Both the position numbers and the translations under genes were made by a program. A stretch of DNA of 64,000 bases from Octopus sinensis. Lineage: Eukaryota. Of this stretch, positions 25,669 through 37,332 are shown one piece after another. Position 1 is the stretch's first letter; each line of letters starts with the position of its first letter. Location: the NCBI RefSeq assembly GCF_006345805.1, contig NC_043005.1, positions 52,576,001-52,640,000 of the forward strand. Reading direction: 5' to 3'. A model generated the notes under the pieces. It did not search any database. It saw only the letters and a program-made list of their open reading frames with translations, and was not told the DNA's origin.

Positions 25669-26921
25669 CAGGTGTTGGGCAAAATAATGGAAACACCTAG
25701 CAACATAATTTTGAAATATCTATAAAACCGTCAAAAGCTTGTTTATTTTATGTATTTTGATGTATTATTAGTGTTGCTTAATATTTTTTGCTAAAATTGC
25801 TGTTTCTTTTCAGATATCATTAGAAAAAGGTAGTTAAAATTCATTAAAATGACTGATCTATAGGACTTTCAAATCGATTAAATTATTGGTGCTCGTACGG
25901 CAGGCACTAGTGTAACGGAAACAGCTGAAATGTTTGGTGTATCAAGAAGTTCTGTCTCGAAAGTAATGAGAGCCTTTGAGAAAGTGGGAAAAACGTCCTC
26001 GGTGAAACAAAACTCTGGAAGAAAACCAAAACTTTCAAAGAGGGACTGTCGGACTCATACACGAATTCTTAGAAAGGATCACAAAAGTACAGGCCCCGAA
26101 TTACTGCAGAGTTTAATGACCACCTCGAGAACACAGATTCCACAAAAACTGTTCGCCGGGAGCTGTACAAAGCCGGATTTCACGGAAGGGCTGCAATCAG
26201 AAAACCATTACTTTCAAACACAAACGTTTTAAAGCGTTTAGAGTGGAGTAAAGACCTACAGAAATGGTCACTAGAGCAGTGGAAGAATGTTATTTTCTCG
26301 GACGAGTTATCCTTTACCATATTTCCGACGACCGGCCACATATACGTGTCTAGACAGCCAAAAGAAGCACTTGAAACAGACTACCTTCTTCCAGCTGTTA
26401 AACATGGGGAAGGATCTGTGAGAATATGATGGGCTATATCTTGGAAATCCGCCGGCCCAATGGTTTCCCTTCATGACAGAATTAATAGTCAATACTATTT
26501 AAGCATTTTTTGTCTGATCAAATTCATCCTATGGTTGCGGAACTATTTCCGGAGAGAAACGCAATCTTTCAGGATGATAATGCAGCAATCCGCACAGCTA
26601 AAGTTGTTACTGAATGGCACGAGGAACATCCTAGGGAAGTTGAACATGTTATCTGTCCACCACAGTCTCCAGATCTCAATATTATTGAACATTTATGGTG
26701 AATTTTAGAAAAGCAAGCAAGGAGTCGATATCTTCAACCATCATCACTACAAGAACTGGAGATCGTTTATTGACGAATGGACAAAAATTCCTTTAGAAAC
26801 AAGTCAAACTTTGTACGAGTCCATACCTCGTAGAATTTAAGCTATAATTATTGCCAAAAGGCGGTCCTACTCCATATTGAAATAAATTTGTTTGAAATTT
26901 TAAGGTGTTTCCATTATTTTG
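25669..26921 (+). mobile_element. Tc1-like DNA transposon with DD36E spacing (Incomer-type), decayed transposase at about 25850-26850
   Basis: TA + left TIR CAGGTGTTGGGCAAAATAATGGAAACACCT; right TIR AGGTGTTTCCATTATTTTG truncated; HTH FGVSRSSVSKV, GRKPKLS, VIFSDE, QDDNA-...-SPDLNIIEHLW with 36 residues between D and E. Confidence 0.9.
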
Positions 26922-26929
26922 GAGCAACA

Positions 26930-28144
26930 ATGGAGCAACAATTAACAATGAGAATATGATTATTGATATTAAAAGGTTATTGTAGCTAAAAATCCTTTAC
27001 AGCTGTTTCAGTTTATTTTAAAAGTAAATTCGCATTTATCTCGTTCCATTTAACAAACATCATCAGAATGATTTAGAGTTTATCGGAGGAATACAGATAT
27101 GTGGAAAAGAAAAGGTAAAGAAAAAGGGAAAAAGTTCATTAAGTCGTTAGGCTTGCATTTTTGTTCTTAGAATTTTGTATCCTTTAAGGTTCTACGCGTG
27201 TGTACATTTCTTCAATTAGATGAATAGAGCAATAAGGGCAGAAAATGACTATTTGACCGGCAGTGTTAGTCGAAAGAATTATACCTGATAGTAATATCCG
27301 GTGTCATTAATTGAAATAAATAACACTGAGATCGCTAGATAAGTCCCTATGATTACAAATAATTCCCTTGATAAAAATTAAAGATGCTTTTAAAAGTTTG
27401 AATGCGATTTACAGTATAAATTTAGGTTACGTAAAAGGTATAATAAATATATAACTAAGTATCTACTCCTTAATTTAATTAAAAACCAATACAGCCAGCT
27501 TGAAGAGGCTAAATCGCTCGTTTAATCATGTTTATGTTAGTGGCAGCCCAAGCAATTAGTATGTTAGTCATTGATCTAATGTAAATATATTATCTAATGT
27601 GATTTAATATGAATATATTAAATATAAATTTATACTGTATATCACGCTCAAACTTTTAAGAGAAACCTTTTATTTGTAATCATTGATTTTTATCGTAACC
27701 TTAATTTTTATTTGTAATCATAAGAACTTATCTAGCGATCTCAAACGGTGTTATTTATTAAAATTAACGACACCGGACATTACTACCAGGTATAACTCTT
27801 TCGACTAACATTTCTGACCAAATAGTCATTTTCCCTTCCTATTGCTCCATTCATCTAGTTGCAGAAATACACACACACGTGGAACCTTAAAGGACACAAA
27901 GGACACAAAAATGTAAGCACAAAAATTTCTAAAGCTTAACGGACATTTTTTCCTTTCCTTTTTCTTCTGTCTATATTCCTCCGATAAACTCTAAATCTGG
28001 CGATGTTTGTTAATTGGAACAAGATAAATGCAAATTTACATCAAAAATAACAAACTGAAACAGCTGTAAATGTTTTTTTAACTACAATTAACCTATGACC
28101 TTTTAATACCAATGATCGTTTTTTAATTGTTAATCATTGCTCCA
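26930..28144. mobile_element. ~1.2-kb fold-back/long-TIR non-autonomous element
   Basis: Diverged inverted arms at about 26930-27425 and 27625-28144 (e.g. GAGATCGCTAGATAAG / CTTATCTAGCGATCTC) around a ~200-bp AT-rich core. Confidence 0.8.
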
Positions 28145-28358
28145 TTTCTCTTCTTATCTGAATATGTTGAACCACGGTTTACCACTTAAATTAACAACTA
28201 CTGTAAACCTTTTAGCAAGGCCTATACATAGTGAGGTAATACGCCTGCAGGGCCTACGGATACATTTACTCCTTAGACGGTTGCATAACATCTAACTCAT
28301 AACTTTATATATATACACTCACATACATGCATAAATATACATACACACACACACACAC

Positions 28359-28395
<37 letters not shown>

Positions 28396-28404
<9 letters not shown>

Positions 28405-28963
28405 GGCTTAGTAAAATAAATTACTTGCCGCATACTGAACTCGTTAGAGAAATGCAGCTAAAAAAACTATTTCTAACACTAAAGAAAACACTCTCTATAT
28501 GTGTTTGCTCAATTCAACTCAGAAAGTATGAGGGTAGAGACATTAAAAAATCAAATGCAAAGGTTATTTGAGTACGTACGTTTCAAGATTAGCCAAATCG
28601 ACCCTTCTCTCATCAGCTCAGAATGCCCTGGGAGCATACCTTTCGGCTTGTTATCGCTTCTGAAGATCTCAGAAGCGATAACAAGCCGAAAGGGTATGCT
28701 CCCATTTTCAGTGTTTTCAAATTCAAACAAGGGCATTCTGAGTGATGAGAGAAGGTCGATTTTGGCTAATCTTGAACGTACGTACTCAAATAACCTTTGC
28801 ATTTGATTTTTTAATGTCTCTACCTCATACTTTCTTGAGTTGAATTGAGCAAACACTATATGAGAGAGGTTTTCTTTAAGTGTTAGAAATAGTTTTTTTA
28901 GCTGCTATTTTAACGAGTTCAGTATGCGGCAAAGTAATTTATTTTACTAAGCCCTTTTATATA
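28396..28963. repeat. ~565-bp palindrome abutting (TA)n
   Basis: Apex TTCTGA-AGATC-TCAGAA at 28658-28674; arms differ mainly by 1-bp indels and a ~26-nt deletion in the left arm. Confidence 0.9.
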
Positions 28964-29458
28964 ATGAATAATTTGAATTTGCCTTAAATGGTCCTTTGAT
29001 ACTGAATACTTGGTGAAATTGATAATAATTAATTAATTTTACCCTCAATTGTTGAAATTATATATATATATATATAGGAAACGTGAAAAACTTTCTCACT
29101 TTTCCGGACGTCAAACTGTTACACCTGTCTTCGTCTTTTGGTTTTCTGTAAATTTCAACTATATATATATATATATATACACGCACAGAGGCATATATGC
29201 GAGTGAGTGAGTGAGGAAGTGATTGAGTGAGAGCATGAGTGAGTGTGTTTGTGCGTGTGTGTGTGCGTGTGTGTGCGTCTGTGTGTGTATGAGTTTGTCT
29301 TTGTGGAAAAGGCTATATTGAAGCACACATTACTACATACATCACGTCAAGAAGACCCTTTTGGTTATCTCTCTCTCTCCCTTTCTCTCTCTCTATATAT
29401 TTATATCTATATAGATATATATATGTATGTAAATATACATATATATATATATACATAC

Positions 29459-29495
<37 letters not shown>

Positions 29496-29547
29496 AATAC
29501 GCATACATATATACATTCATATATGTGTATATATATTTGTATACATG

Positions 29548-29578
<31 letters not shown>

Positions 29579-29589
29579 GTTTGTTTGTG

Positions 29590-29729
29590 TATGCACGGTT
29601 CTCTGGTAAGAAATTTCTTCATCCACCTCATGGTTCCGAGTTCAGTCCCACTGCGCAACGTCTCTTGAAAATGTTTTCTTCTATAATTGCAATTGGTACG
29701 GAAACCGAAAGAGCCCAGTCGAATATACA

Positions 29730-29774
<45 letters not shown>

Positions 29775-30045
29775 TGTGTGTGTGTGTGTGTGCGTGTGTG
29801 TGTGCATCTATGTGTGAGTGAGTCTTTGTTTATTAGTTTGACCTCTGCCACTCCTTGAAAACTGGTCTTGGTTTATTTACGTCCCCGTGCATCAGCAGCT
29901 TTGCAAAACAGAGCGATATAATAAATACCAGTTTTAAAAGAAAACAAAAAAGAAAAGTATCAGTACTTTGACCTATTTATCTGACAAGATATTTCGAGAT
30001 GGAGCCCCAGCATTGCTGCCGTCTAGTAACTGAAACAAGTGAAAA
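29590..30045 (+). mobile_element. Degraded SINE family B split by (TG)n
   Basis: Head GGTTCCGAGTTCAGTCCCACTGCGC; tail GAGCCCCAGCATTGCTGCCGTCTAGTAACTGAAACAAGT. Confidence 0.6.
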
Positions 30046-30701
30046 CCTATAATTAAGCTAATTAATATCTTGAGAGTTTTTTTTCCATCAGTACTTAAAT
30101 ATTCCTAATTAGATTTTTGATACTGTCTATATTAAATATGTTAACAGCAACTTAACCACTAGAGGATCGAGTGTTAGATAAATGACGTTTTCAAAGTCGG
30201 TGTGGTCACGTCTAAAACATGTTTCATGATAGATCTACTTGATGAGTGATGACCTGAGATTTAAAAACACCTGCCACAACAACAACAACAACTACAACGA
30301 CAACGACAACAACAAAAGAAGAGGCTACGATGTCGACGAATGCACGCTAAAGAATTAGGTATTGTCACATAACAAACTGAATCTGGAGAAAGGTTTAGTG
30401 ATAAGGAAGTATATTAAAAGAAATCAATTTTGTAGAGACACCTTAGAGATATCTACACCCACGTCTATCTATTTATTTACATTATCAATATCATCCTCTC
30501 TCTCTCCCTCCATTTCTTTCTCTCTATGTATATATACACACATACATACACACACACACACATACAGGAACACGCACATATATATGCGCATAAGTGTATG
30601 AATAAATAAATATATATATATGCATGTATATATAAGCAAACGTTGCATAGTATCAAGCAAATAAGAAAAGAATGTACCATACATGTAGCAGAGTATATAT
30701 T

Positions 30702-30750
30702 TTATTTCGCGACTCGTGTTTCACGATAGCGTGATCGTCAGGTGAGAAAA
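30702..30750 (-). ncRNA. Type I hammerhead ribozyme motif with intact catalytic core
   Basis: Minus strand: TTTTCTCAC-CTGACGA-TC-ACG-CTAT-CGT-GAAA-C-ACGA-G-TC-GCGAAATAA; GUC cleavage triplet; stem I partly mismatched. Confidence 0.55.
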
Positions 30751-31098
30751 TTGCAATTCAGTTTTGTGGTACGTTTATATTCGTTGGCGTGAGGATGATA
30801 TCATGTTTGTATCTGTTTCTAGGATTGCTATCTGCGTCTGGAATGTTTACATCTTAGAATGTATACAAAATAAACTTCCTTGCATGAAACATATGTTGAT
30901 AAAAAAAAACAATAAAAACGGAAATATGAAACGAGAAATGTGTTGTACACCATCATAGAGCAATGGATCGAGAATCTGATCTTATGCATAACAAAAAAAA
31001 GAAAATAAATAAATAAATAAAACAAACCACGTAATCGAACAATATAAATACTGAATAATCAAAAAGAGTGAAATCATATCAAGACGTTATGATTACCC

Positions 31099-31314
31099 GT
31101 GGCGAGCTGGCAGAAACGTTAGGCACGCCGGGCGAAATACGTAGCCGCATTTCGTCTGCCGTTACGTTCTGAGTTCAAATTCCGTCGAGGTCGACTTTGC
31201 CTTTCATCCTTTCGGGGTCGATAAATTAAGTACCAATTACGCACTGGGGTCGATGTAATCGACTTAATCCCTTTGTCTCATCTGTGTTTAGCCCCTTGTG
31301 GGCAGTAAAGAAAT
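31099..31314 (+). mobile_element. SINE family A monomer with X tail running into (TA)n
   Basis: Head, core and tail ending GGGCAGTAAAGAAATA. Confidence 0.9.
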
Positions 31315-31400
31315 ATATAGACATACATGCGCGTATATGTATAGATTCATAACACACATGTTTATATCTATATATATATATATATAATATATATATATAT

Positions 31401-31441
<41 letters not shown>

Positions 31442-31688
31442 TGTGTGTCTGTTGTGCGTGTATGCGTGTGTGTGTGCTTGTATGTATACATACACACACA
31501 AACCTTATGCACATTTAACTCACCTGAGTGAGTAAATAATGATACTAATTACGGAGATGTACTTGCATGGCATGTGACCTGATCTGAGATCGTGTGCTGG
31601 AATGAAAACAATTGCAGTGTGAAAGGTGTTTATAAACCATCTAAGAAACGCACAAAAACCGTGAGATTCACTTAACATTTAAATTTAA

Positions 31689-31739
31689 TTTGTCAAAATA
31701 TTTTCGGCGCTTTGAGACCGCGACCTGTTTACTGACAAA
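31689..31739 (-). ncRNA. Candidate variant minimal hammerhead (G3:C8-type core)
   Basis: Minus strand: TTTGTCA-GTAAACA-G-GTCGC-GGTCTCAAA-GCGCC-GAAA-ATAT-TT-TGACAAA; perfect 7-bp stem I, palindromic AATATT stem III; core deviates at positions 3, 5 and 8. Confidence 0.35.
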
Positions 31740-31778
31740 ATTCCGTGCTGCATCTAATGATACTAATGATTTCTTTTA

Positions 31779-31779
<1 letters not shown>

Positions 31780-31842
<63 letters not shown>

Positions 31843-31870
31843 GCTACTGCTACTGCTACTGCTGCTGCTG

Positions 31871-31932
<62 letters not shown>
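31780..31932. repeat. (CTA)n/(CTG)n microsatellite
   Basis: Direct reading. Confidence 0.95.
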
Positions 31933-31974
31933 GTGGATGATGTGGATGACGACGAGGGGAAGTATTTCAGATTT

Positions 31975-32165
31975 TAGCTCAGGGCCAGCAATTTCAGGGC
32001 AAGGGGGTAATTCGATCACATTCATTTCAGTGTACGACAAGTAATTATTTTGTCGTTATCGACAACCGAAACAATGAAGCGCGATTCCACACGAGGTGGA
32101 ATTTCAAAGTAAATGCCGCTAAGCATTTCATCAGGCGTTTTAACGAAACTGCTCTCTCACCGCCA
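31975..32165 (-). mobile_element. Highly diverged SINE family A copy
   Basis: GCCGCTAAGCATTTCATCAGGCG and a degraded core. Confidence 0.55.
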
Positions 32166-32168
32166 TCA

Positions 32169-32225
<57 letters not shown>

Positions 32226-32230
32226 CATTA

Positions 32231-32350
32231 TTCAGGTCACTGCCTGGAATCGAACTCGGAATCTTGGGGTTAGTAGCCCGCGCTCTTAACCACTATTCCA
32301 TATGGAGTAGTGGTTAAGATTCCGAGTTCGATTCCAAGCAGTTACTTGAA
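32231..32350. mobile_element. Head-to-head pair of tRNA-like mini-SINEs between (ATT)n and (AAT)n
   Basis: Minus copy 32231-32303 and an internally deleted plus copy share central CCATATGG; A box GTAGTGGTTAA, B box GAGTTCGATTCC. Confidence 0.75.
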
Positions 32351-32510
32351 TAATAATAAAAATAATAGTAGTTATAATAATAGTATAATATAATAATAAT
32401 GATGATATAATAATGATAATAATAATAATAATAATAATAGTAATAATAATAAATAAATATATAATAATATAAAAGTAATAATAATAATAATAATAATAAA
32501 AATAATAAAG

Positions 32511-32549
<39 letters not shown>

Positions 32550-32589
32550 TAATATAATAATAATAATAATAACAACAACAACAGCATCG

Positions 32590-32765
32590 AAAAATACCTT
32601 AGGAATGAGAACCCAGGTTCGAAATTTCCCCAAGACACCTGAGGAAGACTGAAGGGTATATCAACCGAAACGTGGTCATAGCAAAAAGCAAGATGAGGAC
32701 AAATATCCGTCAATTGTAAGTAATGTAAATAATATACATAATTCCTCATCTCTTAAATACAGAAC
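32590..32765 (+). mobile_element. ~170-bp hammerhead-bearing element (Penelope pLTR/retrozyme-like), copy 1
   Basis: Same family as 63692-63838; ACAC-CTGAGGA-AGACTGAAGGGTATATCAACC-GAAA-CG-TG at 32635-32674 (degenerate). Confidence 0.65.
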
Positions 32766-32769
32766 TGAA

Positions 32770-33282
32770 GTATGGACTTGTCAGAGCAAAAAATTGGTAC
32801 GACCACAAACCCGAAAGCATCATCGAAAATGAGAATGCAAAGATCCTGTGGGATTTCACGATTCAGTGCGACCACGAGATAGAGAATAGGAAGCCAGACG
32901 TAGTCCTAATTGAAAAAGAGAGCAAACTGCTGGATCATAGCTATAACATGCCCAGCTGACAACAAGGTATACAATAAGGAAGAAAGAAATGTCGATCGAT
33001 ATGACAGGTTAGCTTGGTAAGTTAGGCAGTTGTGGTCGATGAAAAAGGTGGTAGTAGTACCAAATATTGTCGGAGCCCTGGGAACAGTGAGTAAAATCTT
33101 GACACGTACATGGAACAAATAGAAACTGCAATAAGGGTGGAGCATTTGCAGAAAACCGCACTGCTTGGAATCGCTCGAATACTCCAGAAGGTGCTCGAAA
33201 AATAAGAGGTGTTACCGTAGTTCATTTGTAGTGAACAGCTGACTCCGTAGTACATTTCAAGCGTTAGAAGCTGTGCAAAGAA
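32770..33282 (+). pseudogene. R4/Dong-like LINE 3' end (REL endonuclease) followed by (AAT)n
   Basis: KNWYDHKPESIIENENAKILWDFTIQCDHEIENRKPDVVLIEK...VGALGTVSK...LQKTALLGIARILQKVL. Confidence 0.85.
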
Positions 33283-33285
33283 AAC

Positions 33286-33368
<83 letters not shown>

Positions 33369-33774
33369 TAACAATAACAACAACAACAACAACAATAATA
33401 TTATTAACAATGATGATGATGATGTTGATGATGATATTCAGACCTTAAAAGCACAGCTTATTCTGTTACCACATCATAGAGAATTATATAGGGAAAACGC
33501 CAAGTGCCTCATTAATACAGCGTTTCCCATTTGATATATATATATATATATATTATATATATCTGTACTGTTTCTTGTTTTTTGAGATTGAGAGCGGGTA
33601 AATGGGCGTGGAGGAGTGTCTTTCAATTTCACAAGAAACTTATTTTCTATTAAGTGTCAATTGGAAGTTTTCTCCAAAGACTCCAGGTCAATTATTCTGT
33701 TCATTCAATTGAATATTGTGATGGAAAAGACCTGTGAAAATTAACTTCTTTTACGTCTAAAAACTAATTATTAT

Positions 33775-33822
<48 letters not shown>

Positions 33823-34138
33823 AATATATATATATGTATGTATGTATGTATGTATATATATATGTATATATGTGTATATGTATATATAATATATACGTGC
33901 ATACATGCATACATAATACATACATATATTATATATATATATATTATATTATATTTATAATATATATATATATATGTGAATAATATGTATGTATGTATAC
34001 ATATATGTGTGTGTGTGTGTGTGTGTATGAATGTATGCATATATACATGTGTTTGTGCGTGTCTAAACATTTCTATTTTAGCTAGTCTATTACTAACTGG
34101 AACTTATTTGGATAATAATATTCCGACTAACGAGGTAT

Positions 34139-34247
<109 letters not shown>

Positions 34248-34250
34248 CAT

Positions 34251-34660
34251 AAGGCAGTGAGTTGGCAGAATCGTTAGCACTCCGGTCAAAATATTTATCG
34301 TTATTTTATCTGTTTTTTATGTTCTGAGTTCAAATTCCACCGAGGTCGACTTTGCCTTTCGGGATCGATAAATTAAGCACCAGTTGCTTGCTGGGATCAG
34401 TCTGACCAACTGGTCCCTCCCCCAAATTTCAGGCCTTGTGCTATAGTAGAAAGGATTTTATTATTGCCATTAAGGCGGCTAGCTGACAGTATTGTTAGCA
34501 TGCTGAATGAAATACGTTCTGAGTTCAAATTCTGCCGAGGTCGACTTTGCTTTTCACCCTTCCGGGTTTGATGAATTTAGTACTAATGAAACACTGGAGT
34601 CATTGAAATCGACTTGTTCCCTCCTCCAAATTCCGGGCGTTGTGCCTTTTGTAGAAAGGT
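34251..34660 (+). mobile_element. Two tandem SINE family A monomers with T tails
   Basis: Heads at 34251 and about 34472; both contain the GAGGTCGACTTTGC core. Confidence 0.8.
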
Positions 34661-34673
34661 TTTCTTTATTATT

Positions 34674-35150
34674 GTGTGAGAAAGTAGTACATGCCATCAA
34701 AGTGACATTGGGGCAAAATATACGAAGCCCAGTGTACCCATCTTAACTACCCGTCTGATGAGGGTACACTAGGCACATGCATTACAAACATATGTGCACG
34801 ACATGGTGATCTCATATCAAGATAAACAGCGCATGGCCTTGCAAGTGGATCCCAGTTAGAATTTTCGTCAAGTCGAGTAGCCTATCCTGCTCAAAACGAT
34901 GTTGAACAAAAGGATCTTGAACGAAACACCCATGTTTCCAGATGAGAATTATCCAAACCCCCACAAAATTCCTCTCAACACATGGCTATGATGCTCCCCA
35001 TTACTTTTGCTCATTATCAGAGATGCACATATCGACAGCCACTAAGGGATATGCTCAACTTATTAAGACCAAACAACTGACAAGTACATCTGATGTATTG
35101 AGCAGCATATTTGCCCATCTTTTATACCAAGACAATAGTATCAATGTAGA
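34674..35150 (-). mobile_element. ~540-bp element, older truncated copy
   Basis: Diverged version of 35167-35710, lacking one end. Confidence 0.8.
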
Positions 35151-35166
35151 TATTATTATTATTATT

Positions 35167-35710
35167 GAGTGAGGAGCAGTTCATGCCATAAAGTGACACG
35201 GGGTAAACTATACGAAGCCCAATATACCCATCATGACTACCCGTCTGATAAAGGTACACCAGGCACATGCATCACAACCATATGTGCGCGACATGGTGAT
35301 CTCATATCAAGATAAACAGCACATGAACTTGCAGGTGGGGCCCAGTTAAATTTTCTTCAGGTTGAGTAGCCCATCCCGCTCAAACGTCGTCCCTGAATAA
35401 GGGTTGTTTAAGGATGTTGAAAGAACCACCCATGTTTCCAGAGGTGAACTATTCAAACCCCAAAGAATCCCTCTCAACACATGGCTATGATGCTCCCCCC
35501 ACTACTTCTGCTCGTGATCAGAGATGCACATATCGTCAGCCACTAAGGGACATGCTCAACTGGTTAATGGTCAACAACTGACAAGCAAATCTGTGGTATT
35601 GAGCAGAATTTTGCTGTAGCCCATCTTTTATTACCAAGACAAAACATGTACATGATAACACTTCCAATCAGTTAAGATCAGAAGCCATGAGAGCCACTGC
35701 CTGGTACTGC
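35167..35710 (-). mobile_element. ~540-bp element, full copy between (ATT)n tracts
   Basis: Reverse complement of 254-797. Confidence 0.9.
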
Positions 35711-35772
<62 letters not shown>

Positions 35773-35902
35773 TATATCAATTTTAAATAATCGTTATTAT
35801 TATCATTCGTATTAAGGAAGTAAGCTGGCAGAATCTTTAGCAGGTGGTCTAAATGCGGCATTATTATTATTATTATTAATTATTATTATTATTATTATTA
35901 TT

Positions 35903-36098
35903 AAGAATCGTTTGCTCGCTGGTAAAAATGCTTAACGGCATTTCGTCTGTCTTCACCTTCTGAGTTCAAATTCCGCCGGGTTCGACTTAGCTTTTCAAAT
36001 CTTTCAGAGTCGATAAATTTAGTACCAGTGAAGCACTGGGCTAGATGTAATCTACTCATCCCCTCCCGCCAAAATGTTACCCTTGTGGTAAAATTTGA
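35903..36098 (-). mobile_element. Diverged SINE family A copy
   Basis: Contains TTCTGAGTTCAAATTCCGCCGGGTTCGACTTAGC on the plus strand, in the same sense as the plus-strand copies; the strand call is uncertain. Confidence 0.5.
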
Positions 36099-36559
36099 AG
36101 CCATTATTGTTTTTATCGTTGTTGTTGTTATCTCTTTTTTGTTTTGAAGTCCAAATGCTAATACTACAATTAAAAGTTGTTACTGGTGTCGCTGCAGTAT
36201 GGATATCAATTTCCTTAATTTTGCTTACGTCGTTTGAATTTAGAAATTTTACGAGATGTAAAATGAATCGTTTTTAACTGTTGAACTCGTAGTGCATAAA
36301 GCTATAACAAACAGCATGCAAATATTAAGTTAAAAACGTATTAGATAGAAAAGTGCTGTTATAAGAATTAATCAAATGCAACTATAATATTCTTTGCTAA
36401 ACTTTTCTTCCATGTGTGTTGTAATTAGTTTTGTTCATTGATTCTTAAGCATTTGTAAATCTCTTTATCGTAAAATTCTGTTTATATATTTTTATCTTGC
36501 ATGAGCTATTTACCACCTTTTAAGTTCACCGTAATATAATCTTTGAATCCTAATTTTAT

Positions 36560-36790
36560 ATCCCTGCCTCTAGTAAATCTGCAGTAGATTTTCTAATTCT
36601 TTATCATCTGTAAAGTAGATCTTGATTCCATCCATATACAATAGGTGCTTCACTGTTGTTCTATAGCCTTTTGTATTGGAAGCAAACCTGGATTAATACG
36701 TTAGCTAAAAATGTTGGCATTAAGCGGAAATGTAGTGCAGAGCGGGAGACGCTTTGTAATATTTGTCTTCTACTGCAGATAGTACTAATT
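36560..36790 (-). pseudogene. LINE RT core remnant (R4/Dong-like)
   Basis: Minus frames RRQILQSVSRSALHF (cf. RGIFQGDSLSPLLF) and GYRTTVKHLLYMDGIKIY (cf. HLLYMDDIKLY). Confidence 0.6.
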
Positions 36791-37129
36791 TTAATAATTC
36801 TCTCCTTTGTCAGTATCTGCAGAATTAAAAGCAACTTACGAAAGGTTAAGTATCATTGTTGGTGATATCTTATTTAAGCCTAATATTTTCCAGTATCTAC
36901 GTAAGGGGAAAACTTTATCAAAAGTCTTCTGGTACTTAGTTTATACATTCCTGGTAATATATTTTCCCAAAAGTTTATGAACCATCTACAATTTTTTTGC
37001 AGTTGAGCCGTTGTAAATGTGTAAGAAAAACTTTATGGCACTAGTTTGAAAGGTTTTATGTATTATATGCTCGAGCGCATGAGGTTTAAACCATTATTCC
37101 TCAACAACATATGGACTCATTTGAATTGT

Positions 37130-37332
37130 ATTTTACTTTGGTAGACCCACATAGCTATTCAATATTTTTAAAATCCTATATTTTGATAATTATAATTGGG
37201 AATTGTAAAAATAGTTATTGAAATATTTTGTGTATTCTAAATATACAAATGATTTATTGTAGATAAATTTTAACAACAAAATCTTATATGGACCGTCAAA
37301 GGTTATATAAACCCTCGTTGAGAACCACTGGT
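37130..37332 (-). mobile_element. Possible hAT-type terminal fragment
   Basis: Minus strand begins CAGTGGTTCTCAAC; no partner terminus found. Confidence 0.35.

Noticed and set aside
28501-28856. Overlapping 101-aa ORFs on both strands as genes
   Set aside because: They mirror each other because of the palindrome and read through its apex.
34752-34790. CTGATGAG as a hammerhead core in the 540-bp element
   Set aside because: No stem II/GAAA follows, and the other copies read CTGATAA.
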